Source: Phyllobates terribilis | Lineage: Eukaryota | Direction: 5' to 3' | Assembly (NCBI RefSeq): GCF_046119375.1 | Contig: NW_027362765.1 | Coordinates: 174,654,001 to 174,718,000 of the forward strand | DNA length: 64,000 bases | Shown here: positions 12,654 through 23,514 of the stretch, in pieces | Layout of the letters: each line of letters begins with the position of its first letter | Numbering within the stretch: position 1 is the stretch's first letter | The notes under the pieces: generated by a model | Told to the model about the DNA's origin: nothing | Database searches by the model: none | The model's input: only the letters and a program-made list of their open reading frames with translations | Position numbers and translations under genes: made by a program

Positions 12654-12845
12654 GAAATTGATCCAATAGATATTTTATGGCTTCAGGATATTGACCTTGG
12701 AGCTGGACGTGAAGATTTTGAGAGTAGAGGACAACACAAGGACAATGAAGATATATGGGAATCTTTACATGATGACCAAGGAAGTGAAACCATGCAGCCC
12801 CGGGTACAAGTGGATGGAGAGACTGGGGAAAACGTGCCACAGGAG
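12654..12845 (+). CDS. nfe2l1: NFE2L1 coding exon 2 (Neh2-like, DLG and ETGE motifs)
   Basis: EIDPIDILWLQDIDLGAGRE...VDGETGENVPQE; polypyrimidine tract plus CAG acceptor, GAG|GTGAT donor; phase 0/0, 64 codons. Confidence 0.93.
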
Positions 12846-13492
12846 GTGATTGTTCACTATGTGATATCAACTCGCCAGATATGTCCCATTACAACCAACT
12901 GAACCTAGTGGTACCTATAATAGTCACTCAATACAGCCATACTGGAAGAATTAAGGCCCCGATTCCTCAAGACCAGCATTGTTCACTCCAGTCTTGATGA
13001 TACTCTCTGCTTTAGTCAGACGCTCCTGATTTATGAAGCGTTTGGCTCTTACTTCTGTGTGCGCCTTGCCACGAATCCTACTCCAGTCCCTGCTGGAGTA
13101 AGATTTGTGGCATAGCGAACATCGCCACTCGTTATACCCCCATCTCGCCACAACTTTGCCCACTTTGCTGGAGCTTGGCAGAAATGACAGAGAACGCCAA
13201 GAGTCGCCATATTTTAGCACAGCCTCCAGTTGCGCCAAAATTATTAAACTTTTCAAATCTTTTTATGCCAAAATACTGGAGTAAAAGTTTTGATTAAAGT
13301 GGCCCTTTATATCTAGTTCATCCTACTTCCCAATTCTTGTCCCATCCTCCAGCAGCATATTAATGTCTCTTTTTCTGCAGTTCAGTTGCCAAAAATTTAA
13401 ATGGAGGCCATATTAGCCCTTTTAAACTATCGTCTTGCTAAAGATTTAATTAACTACTTGTTATAGTAGTAATGGCTTCTGTTTTTCTGCAG

Positions 13493-13567
13493 GGTCAGAC
13501 TGCGATGTCTTTAGCAGAGTGCCTGAGTCTTCTGGATGACACTTTCCAGTTTGCCGATTCCTCGGAG
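13493..13567 (+). CDS. nfe2l1: NFE2L1 coding exon 3 (Neh4-like; the exon distinguishing TCF11 from Nrf1a in mammals)
   Basis: GQTAMSLAECLSLLDDTFQFADSSE resembles QTALSLEECLRLLEATCPF; CTGCAG| acceptor, GAG|GTAAT donor; 75 nt, phase 0/0. Confidence 0.88.
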
Positions 13568-13648
13568 GTAATTCGGTATTCTCTCACCTGTTCTGCTCTC
13601 TTCCTTATAACCACTTGAGCAATGCAGTCTGATTTTTGCTCTGTACAG

Positions 13649-13807
13649 TTTCCAGCTCCTGGCTCTCAGGGTATGCTGGACACAGAACCAGGCCCAGAGG
13701 CTTTGGATCAGGCAGATGGACTCCTGTCCCCTTTTCTCCCGGGTATGGAGTCACCTCTTGATTTGGAGGAGCAATGGCAAGACCTGATGTCAATCATGGA
13801 TATGCAG
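13649..13807 (+). CDS. nfe2l1: NFE2L1 coding exon 4 (Neh5-like)
   Basis: FPAPG...LLSPFLPGMESPLDLEEQWQDLMSIMDMQ; TACAG| acceptor, CAG|GTATT donor; 53 codons. Confidence 0.93.
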
Positions 13808-14951
13808 GTATTAATTAATTTTGCAGCGAATCAAACTAAATACACCTTATAAGTGTTAATGTATTTTAAGTGGATCTGTCACCAGATTTGATATTACAAG
13901 CTGCATACGTTATTAAAAAGATATTTTAGGTTTCCAGTTAAAACGTGAAAGAGCTCCTGAGTCCAAGTGTATTTAGTCTCTTCACACACAGCCTGACTGA
14001 CGGATGCAGCTGGCAGTGTGAGATCTCAGCAGGGAGGAGGGAAACAAAGGAGCTGTCAATCAGGCTAGGTGGGCAGAAATTGCGCATAACTTCCCATAGT
14101 CCATTTTGACTTGGATTTTAAAGTAAGTACAACAATCTTATGAGGACTGGGGGAGCCATGTAATAATATATGCAGTTTGTATTGTGCATGTTGCTGATGA
14201 GCTGCTTTAATTTCTATTTACCAAAAAAAGTGAGTCTTCGGGTCCATGCTTGTGGCAAAGCCCTGTACGGCATAACAGTATCTTTGTGGGTCCATATCAC
14301 AGACCTTTTAGGTGCCATTATGTCCCCTTGTAGCAATACACCAAGGGAAAATTACCTGTGAAATATAGCATGTGATTGAACATAACCCAATGATTTTGTT
14401 AATTTTTTTTATGTATCTGAAATAAGACAGTGGCCCAGATTAATCAAAGCTTTTATGCCATAAATCTGGCATAAAAATCTTTGAAACATTGCAACATTTT
14501 TATGCAACTTGTACTGTGCAAAAATGTTGCAACCTTTGGCATTTTCACACCAGTTCCGCCCAGCTCCCCAAAAATAGGGCTTAGCTGGGGTGCAACGAGA
14601 GCGTAACCCCACAACTCGTCTAATTCCTGATGAGCTGTGGTGTTCTTTACATCAGAAATTTTACTCCAGTCTCTGACTGGAGTGAGATTCTTGTCAAGGC
14701 GCACACCACTTGTCAGATGCTCCTGATACGTTAAGAGGCGTGCACCTACAGAAAAGACACTTCTGTGTACTTCTAGGTCTTGGGTGGTGAGTGTGGATCT
14801 AGTGCACCACATTTGTGCAGAAAAGGGCAAACGAAGGTCTGGAGATACTGTATAGGGTCTTAACTGTATGTTGTAACCGTGTTATTTTTTTCCGGCATGG
14901 AATGTCTACTTCATGGTTCTTAATTTACTTTTTTTTTTTTTTTTCTTGCAG

Positions 14952-16205
14952 CCAATGGACACTAATAGTTCAACTGAAGATCCCTTATATCTGAGCGTAG
15001 ACCCATCACTGCAGCAGAATGGGAACCTGGATACTCATTCTCTTCAGGGCTGTGCCCAAGACCGGTCTCTCTTTACTCCATCCATGGAAGCTTTTCCAGT
15101 CCCGGAGTCACCGCTGCATCAGCTCTCTTCTCACAACTCCAGTGATATCAACTCAACTTTTGGATTTACCAATCTAACTGGGATTCTTTTCCCCTCACAG
15201 TTGAATAGCACATCCAATGAAACATCCAGCAGGGCCCTGCAAGACCCCCTTGGTGGCATCTTGGGCGATGCTTTGTTTGATGAGATTAGCCTGATGGACC
15301 TGGCACTTGAGGAGGGTTTTAGCCAAGTTCAAGCTTCTCAACTGCAGGAAGAGTTGGATTCAGATTCTGGTTTGTCCCTCGATTCGCATCGCAGCCCAGC
15401 GTCTCCTAGTGGATCTGAATCCTCATCTTCTTCCTGTTCTTCATCCTCTTCCTCCTTCTCTGAGGAAGGAGCGGTGGGATACAGCTCTGACTCTGAAATG
15501 GTGGAACCAGAGGAGATTGATGAAGCCAGTGGTTTTCAACCAGAATACAGCAAGTTTTGCAGAATGAGCTCCCAGGACCCTGGCCGATTTAATAGTTTGC
15601 CTTTTCTTGAACATGTAGGGCACAATCATACCTACAACATGGTCCCTGAGGAACCCGAGGAGCCGCAGCTGCCTATAGCAGGGAGGGGGAGCCGAAGACA
15701 AGCAGCATTCATAGATCGACAGGCCGGACGAGATGAGCAAAGAGCCAGAGCTATGAAGATCCCTTTTAGTAATGACAAAATCATTAATTTGCCTGTGGAG
15801 GAGTTTAACGAACTTCTTACCAAATACCAACTTAGTGAGGCGCAGCTTTGCTTGGTACGTGATATCCGGAGACGAGGAAAGAACAAGATGGCTGCTCAGA
15901 ACTGCCGCAAGAGGAAGCTGGACACGATTCTGAATCTGGAGCAGGAGGTGAAACGCCTCAACAGAGAACGTGGCTCCCAGCTGCGGGAAAAAGGAGAAAA
16001 CTTGAGATCACTCCAAAGAATGAAGCAGGAAGTGGAGAACCTATATCAGGAAGTGTTCAGCCAGCTAAGGGACCAAGACGGTCGGCCATACTCTCCCCAG
16101 CAGTATGCCCTGCACTACACGAGCAACGGGAATGTAGTACTCATGCCACGCAATGCTGAGGGACAACAAAATCGGCGGCCAGAGAGAAAGGACCGGAGGA
16201 AGTGA
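14952..16205 (+). CDS. nfe2l1: NFE2L1 last coding exon: NST glycodomain, DSGLS degron, Ser-rich region, CNC and bZIP domains
   Basis: Several N-x-S/T sequons, DSDSGLSLDS, HVGHNHTYNM, RDEQRARAMKIPFSNDKIINLPVEEFNELL, RRRGKNKMAAQNCRKRKL; poly-T tract plus TGCAG| acceptor; stop TGA at 16203-16205. Confidence 0.98.
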   Translation, partial: PMDTNSSTEDPLYLSVDPSLQQNGNLDTHSLQGCAQDRSLFTPSMEAFPVPESPLHQLSSHNSSDINSTFGFTNLTGILFPSQLNSTSNETSSRALQDPLGGILGDALFDEISLMDLALEEGFSQVQASQLQEELDSDSGLSLDSHRSPASPSGSESSSSSCSSSSSSFSEEGAVGYSSDSEMVEPEEIDEASGFQPEYSKFCRMSSQDPGRFNSLPFLEHVGHNHTYNMVPEEPEEPQLPIAGRGSRRQAAFIDRQAGRDEQRARAMKIPFSNDKIINLPVEEFNELLTKYQLSEAQLCLVRDIRRRGKNKMAAQNCRKRKLDTILNLEQEVKRLNRERGSQLREKGENLRSLQRMKQEVENLYQEVFSQLRDQDGRPYSPQQYALHYTSNGNVVLMPRNAEGQQNRRPERKDRRK

Positions 16206-17121
16206 CGGATCTGTATTGAAAATCAGGAATATTATCGGACAGGGGGTGTGGGATGTGCTTTCATTCAGGCCTCCGTATCAAACCTTTCACACAAGACTGA
16301 CCCCAGTGAGTGATGAGGTAGATTTCTACACATACTGAGGGCCAGGGACTGTCTGTCGGGGCCCCGTTTGTCCAGGAATGAGGAGGAGGCCAGCCGGGCC
16401 GGAGGGCAGAAGCATGCCCTGAAATCGTAAACCTAAGAAGCTGACAAAGGCAGGGTGAAAGACCATTTTTCTGTTTTAATTCTTGATCTTGTAACATGTT
16501 CAAAATGTAGGCAAATGTGTGTCGAGAAGTGAAGAGTAACCTTGCATGAGGGTGAGCCGCGTCAGCGCTTTCCTGGCCGGGCACACACTGTTTTTAAATG
16601 ACTTGGGACAAGTGACCTAATTGCTAAAGGAAATCTGAGCTTCCTAAAATATTGTACCAGGCTTTGCTGAGCCTCGTCCTGCAGGCGGCATTGAGTGCCG
16701 CTGATTATTTTATGGGGCTCGGTTGTTCCTTTTCAGATGTGATTGTCATCAACCGGATAAAGATAGTTCCTCTAGTGTTAATTCTAATTTATCCGTACAG
16801 AATTTCCCAAGTTTAAAGATTGTATTGCCCCAAAGTGCCAGACAGGGCATGACCCACGTTTACTTACCAGTTCTAGCGCCATCCAGAGGATCCTGGGAAG
16901 TGGGCAGGATATAGTGTGTACTGTAGATTCCAATGCGGATTAGCAGGAATTATATCAATTGAGGGATTGGAAATGAATCCTTCAGTCATTCTATTAAATT
17001 CACGTGATCAGTTAGGTTTAGAGTTTTCTGAGTGTGATAATAACTATGCACGTTCCATAATACATCATCCTGGAACTAGAAAAACTGTATTGAAAGTTTT
17101 TTTGTTTTTTTTTTTCTTTGA

Positions 17122-17127
17122 AATAAA
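17122..17127 (+). terminator. Candidate NFE2L1 polyadenylation signal AATAAA
   Basis: AATAAA about 0.9 kb after the stop, with a GU-rich tract near 17160; the true 3' end is unverified. Confidence 0.4.
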
Positions 17128-18122
17128 CTGATTTTGTGATATTCTCTAAACTCAATCCCGTGTGTTGCCTTGTCAATGCCTGGAGTGAAAAAAAAAATAT
17201 TGCATCAACAAGCTCCTGTTAAAGTGAAATTTATGGCATTTACTAAGGCACTGGCAGACCAGTTGGATCCTGTGCAGGTGCTGGGGGAGGGGATTGTACA
17301 ATATTGGGAAAGGAAAAAACATCGCTGCTCCACAATTTGTCCATAGGTTGTGCCTGGTATTGCAGCTCAAATCCATTCAACTGAATGGTGCTTGGCAGTA
17401 AATGAAGGTCCGTAACAGTAGTATGTTTTGACCCCAGACCTAAAAAAAACAAGGTCAATGTGTAAGAGTAGATGCACATTTGCATACAATTTATCTTAAC
17501 CACTTCGCGCCAGAGCCTGTTTTTGCCTTCGTGACCGGGCCAATTTTTTCAATTCTGACCACTGTCACTTTATGAGGTAATTACTCTGGAACGCTTCAAC
17601 GGATCCCCCTGATTCTGAGATTGTTTTTTTGTGACATATTGTACTTCATGATAGTGGTAAAATTTCTTCGATATCACTTGCGTTTATTTGTGAAAAAATC
17701 GGAAATTTGGCGAAAATTTTGAAAATTTTGCAATTTTCAAACTTTGAATTTTCATGCCCTTTAATCAGAGAGATATGTCACACAAAATAGTTAATGAATA
17801 ACATTTCCCACATGTCTACTTCACATCAGCACAATTTTGGAACCAAAATTTTTTTCTGTTAGGAAGCTATAAGGGTTAAAAGTTGACCAGCGATTTCTCA
17901 TTTTTACAACAAAATTTACAAAAACATTTTTTTAGGGACCACATCTTATTTGAAGTGACTTTGAGGAGCCTTTATGACAGAAAATACCCAAAAGTGATAC
18001 CATTCTAAAAACTGCACCCCTCAAGGTGCTCAAAACCACATTCAAGAAGTTTATTAACCCTTCAGGTGCTTCACAGGAATTTTTGGAATGTGGAAGAAAA
18101 CAATGAACATTTAACTTTTTTT

Positions 18123-18790
18123 CACAAAACTGCTACTTTAGCCTCAAATTTTTAATTTTCACAAGGGCAGCCAGAAAAAATGGACCCCAAAATGTGTTGT
18201 GCAATTTCTCCTGAGCACGCTGATACCCCATATGTGGTGCAAAGCCACTGTTTGGGCGCACGGCATGGCTCGGAAGGTAAGGAGCGCCATTTGACTTTTG
18301 GAATGGAAATTTGACTGGAATCGATAGCGGACGCCATGTTGCATTTGGAGAGCCCCTGAGGTGCCTAAACAGAGGAAACCCCCAACAAGTCACCCCATTT
18401 TGGAAACTAGACCCCTCAAGGAACTTATCTAGATGTGTGGTGAGCACCTTGAACCCCCAGGGGCTTCACACAATTTTATAATGTTGAAGGGTGAAAATAA
18501 AAAAACACATTTTTAACACAAAACTGCTACGTTAGCCTCAAATTTTTAATTTTCACAAGGGCAGCCAGAAAAAATGGACCCCAAAATGTGTTGTGCAATT
18601 TCTCCTGAGCACGCTGATACCCCATATGTGGTGCAAAGCCACTGTTTGGGCGCACGGCATGGCTCGGAAGGTAAGGAGCGCCATTTGACTTTTGGAATGG
18701 AAATTTGACTGGAATCGATAGCGGACGCCATGTTGCATTTGGAGAGCCCCTGAGGTGCCTAAACAGAGGAAACCCACAACAAGTGACCGA
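18123..18790. repeat. About 394-bp tandem duplication (second copy partial) in the piggyBac 3' subterminal region
   Basis: CACAAAACTGCTAC... recurs near 18123 and 18517; identical ORFs at 18152-18337 and 18546-18731. Confidence 0.9.
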
Positions 18791-19184
18791 ATTTTACAAT
18801 CTACTCCTCTGTATAAATTAATCTAGTGGTGGGAAAATAAGTAGGTAAATGGTCACTAAACCCATAGATGAATTCCCACAGAAGTGTCATTTCCATAATG
18901 GGGTCACTTCAGGGGGGATTATGCTGTTCTGGCACTTTTCAGAGTACCAGAGCTAAAGAATCCCCCCTGAAGTGACCCCATTTTGGAAATGACACCCCTC
19001 TGGGAATTCATCTATGGGTTTAGTGACCATTTTAACTCGATGGATGATTTCCAGAAACAAGCACGCAATGGAAGGTTTAGATTCTGGAGAACCCCCCCTG
19101 GAAATTAAGTGAGCTCTACTCGAATATGTCATTCACTAAATGAACCAAATGTTTGAATGACAAATTGGGATACATTTTTACAGT

Positions 19185-21002
19185 TTAAAAACGTGGTTCT
19201 GTGTGGTAGATTTTAAAGCAGTCAGTGACGCATAAGGCTGGCAATGATGGGCATTGTGGGCAATAGTAGCGGGTATCACGCCTCATTCCTCTCTTAGTAC
19301 ATACACGACATCTTTTCTGGGGGTTCCTTCTTGTTTCCGTTGCTGGAATAAGTGCAATAAAATGTCGCTCAGTGAGTCTTTTCACATCCTCAGATTCTAA
19401 TGGATGAGCGGGGCTAACACTTTGAAAGACAAGATTTTCAATGACCCTTTCTTGATAATCAAGAAAAGGATCTGAATTTCCTGCTTTTTTGTACAACACA
19501 AAAGAATTGTATGTGGCCACCTGAAACAAATAGATAACCAACTTTTTATACCAGGTATAGGACTTTCTTGATACCTGGTATGGCTGTAGAACCTGGTCTG
19601 CAAGGTCCACACCCCCCATGTGTTTGTTGTAGTCAATGACTGACACAGGTTTTTGCTTCGGAGTGGTGGATCCTAGTTCTACAGTGGCCCTTGTGGCATC
19701 TGTGTGGATCGAGCTGAGGACAAAAATATCCCTCTTATCCCTATATTTCAGGGCAATCAGCTCTCCATTGCGTACAGCCCCTGACTGCCCCTTTTGGAAC
19801 TTTTGGTTGACCAATGGTTGTGGAAACCCCTGACGGTTTTTACGGATGGTCCCACAAGCCCCGATGTTGTGTTCAACCAGACTTTTAAATAGGGGTATGC
19901 TGGTGGAATAATTGTCCACATATAGATTGTAGCCTTTTTGAAAAAATGGACTTATCAGCTCCCAAACAATTTTTGCAGATGTCCCCAGATAAGTAGGGCA
20001 TCCTGGTGGGTTTAGTTGGCTGTCTTTCCCCTCATATATGCGGAAAGCGGATGTGTATCCGGTTGAACTTTCGCACATTTTATAGATCTTTATTCCAAAC
20101 CTTGCCCTTTTAGATGGGATAAATTGCTTGAGGTGCAGTCTTCCTTTGAATTTTACAAGGGACTCATCTATAGAAATATTTTGTGTTGGGGTGTAGAGGC
20201 TTAAGAATTTTTCTGACAAATTTTCAATGATGGGTCTAATTTTATATAACCTGTCATGTTCTGGGGCATTTCTGGGCAGGCATTGACTATTGTCGTTAAA
20301 ATGCCAAAACCGCATGAGCATTTCATAACGGGTCCTAGGCAGAATGACTGAAAACATAGGGGTGGCTTGAACAGGGTGGTTGGACCAGTAGGATCGAATG
20401 CTCGGTTTTTTAACAAGCCCCATGGCAAATGTAAGTCCTAAAAATTTTTTTATTTCCGGGACATTAGTTGGTGTCCATAAATTTGCCCTAGCATAGTAAG
20501 ATCGGGGATTCTGGCTTATGAATTGGGACGCGTATAAATTTGTTTGCACGACAATATGCTCTAGCAAGCTGTCTGTAAAAAACAAATTAAAAAAATGAAT
20601 TGGTCCAAAATCTTCCACCTCCACATTTATACCAGGAGTGGCGTTGAAATCAGGGCTGAATGGAGCAGCCGAATCCGAAGCCTCCCATCTGGGAAATGCT
20701 AGATCATGTGGCAAAGCCCCTTGTACACTGGCGTGCGCCAATTCACTAGTAGCAGGGACAGCGCTTGTACTGGGCAGTGTTCCCTGATTTGGAGACGTTT
20801 CTCCAGTAGTGCTATTTGCCCCTATTGTTGTACTGGTCCTTGGGCTTGAGGATGGACCAGAATCACTGCTCATTTCTGAGCTCTCAGTGTCGCCGCTACT
20901 AAAGCCCTCAAAATCCACATCGCCATCTGAGATTGCGCTGTCATCAGTGTCAGAACACAGCAGGGCATACACCTCCTCTGCAGTATAAGTCTGACGGGCC
21001 AT
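19185..21002 (-). CDS. piggyBac (PGBD4-like) transposase, 605 aa, apparently intact
   Basis: Acidic N-terminus; catalytic motifs SIDES, YVDNYSTS, GGVDLADQ; C-terminal Cys-rich domain CRVC...CPQC...C...C...H; no stops or frameshifts. Confidence 0.95.
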   Translation of the reverse strand: MARQTYTAEEVYALLCSDTDDSAISDGDVDFEGFSSGDTESSEMSSDSGPSSSPRTSTTIGANSTTGETSPNQGTLPSTSAVPATSELAHASVQGALPHDLAFPRWEASDSAAPFSPDFNATPGINVEVEDFGPIHFFNLFFTDSLLEHIVVQTNLYASQFISQNPRSYYARANLWTPTNVPEIKKFLGLTFAMGLVKKPSIRSYWSNHPVQATPMFSVILPRTRYEMLMRFWHFNDNSQCLPRNAPEHDRLYKIRPIIENLSEKFLSLYTPTQNISIDESLVKFKGRLHLKQFIPSKRARFGIKIYKMCESSTGYTSAFRIYEGKDSQLNPPGCPTYLGTSAKIVWELISPFFQKGYNLYVDNYSTSIPLFKSLVEHNIGACGTIRKNRQGFPQPLVNQKFQKGQSGAVRNGELIALKYRDKRDIFVLSSIHTDATRATVELGSTTPKQKPVSVIDYNKHMGGVDLADQVLQPYQVSRKSYTWYKKLVIYLFQVATYNSFVLYKKAGNSDPFLDYQERVIENLVFQSVSPAHPLESEDVKRLTERHFIALIPATETRRNPQKRCRVCTKRGMRRDTRYYCPQCPSLPALCVTDCFKIYHTEPRF

Positions 21003-21020
21003 TTTATTTTTAGATTTTTT

Positions 21021-21227
21021 GACTGGACTGAACGGACGGGACGGGACTGGACTGAACGGACGGGACTGGACTGAACGGACGGGACTGGACTGAACGGACG
21101 GGACTGGACTGAACGGACGGGACTGGACTGAACGGACGGGACTGGACTGAACGGACGGGACTGGACTGAACGGACGGGACTGGACTGAACGGACGGGACT
21201 GGACTGAACGGACGGGACTGGACTGAT
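21021..21227. repeat. 19-bp tandem repeat (GGACTGGACTGAACGGACG), about 10 units, just upstream of the transposase ATG
   Basis: Read directly. Confidence 0.93.
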
Positions 21228-22854
21228 CTGACAGACTCACTAACCCTAACTCTTACTTTCTTTTTTATTTTATTTTTTTTACTTTCACAGTGGCAAGGCT
21301 GACACAGCTCTTGTCACACTGTTTCTCCTCTGCTCTCTCACTGAGATCGGAGGAGAAACAGTGTATTGATCAGGCAGATCGCCCGGGAAAGTTTGTTGCT
21401 AAAACAAACTTCCCTTGTGATCTCTCTGATTGGCTGGTGTGACGCTGACATCATCGAGACCTGAGCCAATCAGGTCTCAATGATGTCAGAGGTCACAGCA
21501 CCGGGATCCCCGCCGCTCCTGAGGTATGTGGGGGGTCCCGATCGCCGACCACCAGCTGTTACAATCTTTTAAATGCCGCGATCGCTATGGATCGCGGCAT
21601 CTAGAAGATAGGAACAGGTTAACATCATGGGGACCTGATCCATTCAGGTCCCCATGATGCCACATGTCAGAGCTATCGCTCTGAACCGGTACCGCAGCGC
21701 TAGCAGGACCCTGGGGGTCCTGAGCGCTGCGGGACCACCCACCGTTTTTAAACGTCGGCGCTGCACAGAGCCCGGGCAGCGCCGACGTTTATGTACAGTG
21801 GGCGGTCCTGAACCGGTTAAAGCATGTCTGCTTGTGCAGTGTCTGTGCAGACCTTCCTGTGCTCAGAAATAATGCTGTTAAGGTGCTGATTTCGGAGGGT
21901 TGTGTCTACCATCAAGTGTGTATGGGAGATGCCCCAAGGCTAGGGCAGTTTACCTGTAACTAACCAGTCCTTTTGTTCTCTTATCATAGAGAACACATGA
22001 CAGTAAGCCGAGTGTTCATGTGTATGAGGGAGTAGGGACAGAACGCAGCTATCTTTGGTATATGGTGTATGCATTATGATGCATGGCGATACATATTCTT
22101 ATTCGGTATGTTCACATCTTAAATTAAGATTTACTGCAAACATTTTTGCATCTCTGCCATATATCTGAATGAGATCTGCTGCCCATTCCGATGTAATGAT
22201 CCAGTACATGTGAACATACTCTTTATAGGTGTTCAGCGATGTGTATATGGACACATACCTCTAGTCTCGTGACCGAAGCCACAGTTAATCTGTTTGCACT
22301 GAATAATCCCAAGATGACCTATCCACAGGATATGTGCTAGCTTTTTGATCGGTTGGGGTCCGACCACTCGGAACTGCACTGACCAACAGAACAGGGAACT
22401 TTGATCTCTATTAGAATGGAGTGGTAGTCCATGCTTGACTGCAACTCCACTAATTCCCTACGGGGCTAACCAGTGCTATTTGGGTTTTTCTGGCATGTTT
22501 GACCAGCCACTCCATTTTGTAATAGGGATAAAAATTCCCTGCACTGCTAATCTGTGAGAGTCCCAGTGGTCGAAAACCCACTGTCAGCAAGTCATCACCT
22601 ATTCTTTGACTATATAACTTGTTTTCCCTGGACCAATCCCTTTAAGTTATAAAGGCTTCTCCCTGAGCGTCATCTACGATTAGCCACATACAACCTGATT
22701 TTCCATGACAGCTGAATTACACCAGTAATAGATCTACTTTGTTTTCCATCTTTTATTTTTTTTTCTTCTGTAAAAGATTTAGATACAAGTGTTTGTTTTG
22801 GAGAAATTGGGTTAATCTGCAGTGTGTCAATAGAAACCGATACCACAAGCACAG

Positions 22855-23480
22855 TGTCACGGGTGTGTCGCCACGAAGATCGTCACGATTACACAGCCTG
22901 ACTTCTCGCAGCTGACTTTTTGGTGCTTTGTGTTTTTCGGCAGTGAGGGAGTTAATTCTCTCTCTCTCTGTGCTAGACGAGGTCCAGCCTCGCCCAGCTG
23001 CAATCAATGCTGCTGTAGTGAGACTCCTTCAAATGCCTGCTGGTCTGTTAGGGAAGTGTCGGTGAAAGCATTTCATGCAGACTAACAGAGCGGATCGTAG
23101 TATTTGGAGTTTCAGAGATAAGTGTATTTGGAGTGTTTTTTCCGTTCCTCGCTTTATCATTTATCTCCTTTCCCGTTGGTGTTCCCTCTGTTGTAGTTGT
23201 GTAGTTTTTGTATGCAAGGTGGTTTTGGTTTTTCCCTTGTACTGTCTCGTTCGTCTAAGTACTGTGTGTGGGCATATTATTACTTGTCCCCTTTTGTTGT
23301 GATCGGGGTCCTTCTCAGGACTAGATTACTTAGGTGCAGGGATCCTCAGGAGGTAGGGGTTACGCTGGCGGCCTGGACCTCTGTACCTTTAACAGTACCT
23401 CCAGGTTGAGGGATTAGTCAGGGCCCCAGCTTAGGGTCAGCTTAGGCCCCCTACCTCCAGTATACAGAGACAGCGTGACA
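22855..23480 (+). repeat. 5' LTR (626 bp)
   Basis: Direct repeat of 27665-28290 with two substitutions seen (22874 C vs 27684 T; 22968 C vs 27778 A). Confidence 0.96.
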
Positions 23481-23514
23481 TTTTCACCGACCACTTAGTT
23501 TTTCTCCAGCTACC

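Larger units (their letters stand above)
17500..21816 (-). mobile_element. Full-length piggyBac-superfamily DNA transposon
   Basis: Flanked by TTAA (17496-17499 and 21817-21820); ends begin CC on both strands; contains an uninterrupted transposase ORF. Confidence 0.88.

Noticed and set aside
23481-23498. tRNA primer-binding site
   Set aside because: It lacks the TGG start complementary to tRNA CCA; complementarity to the element's own LTR explains it better.
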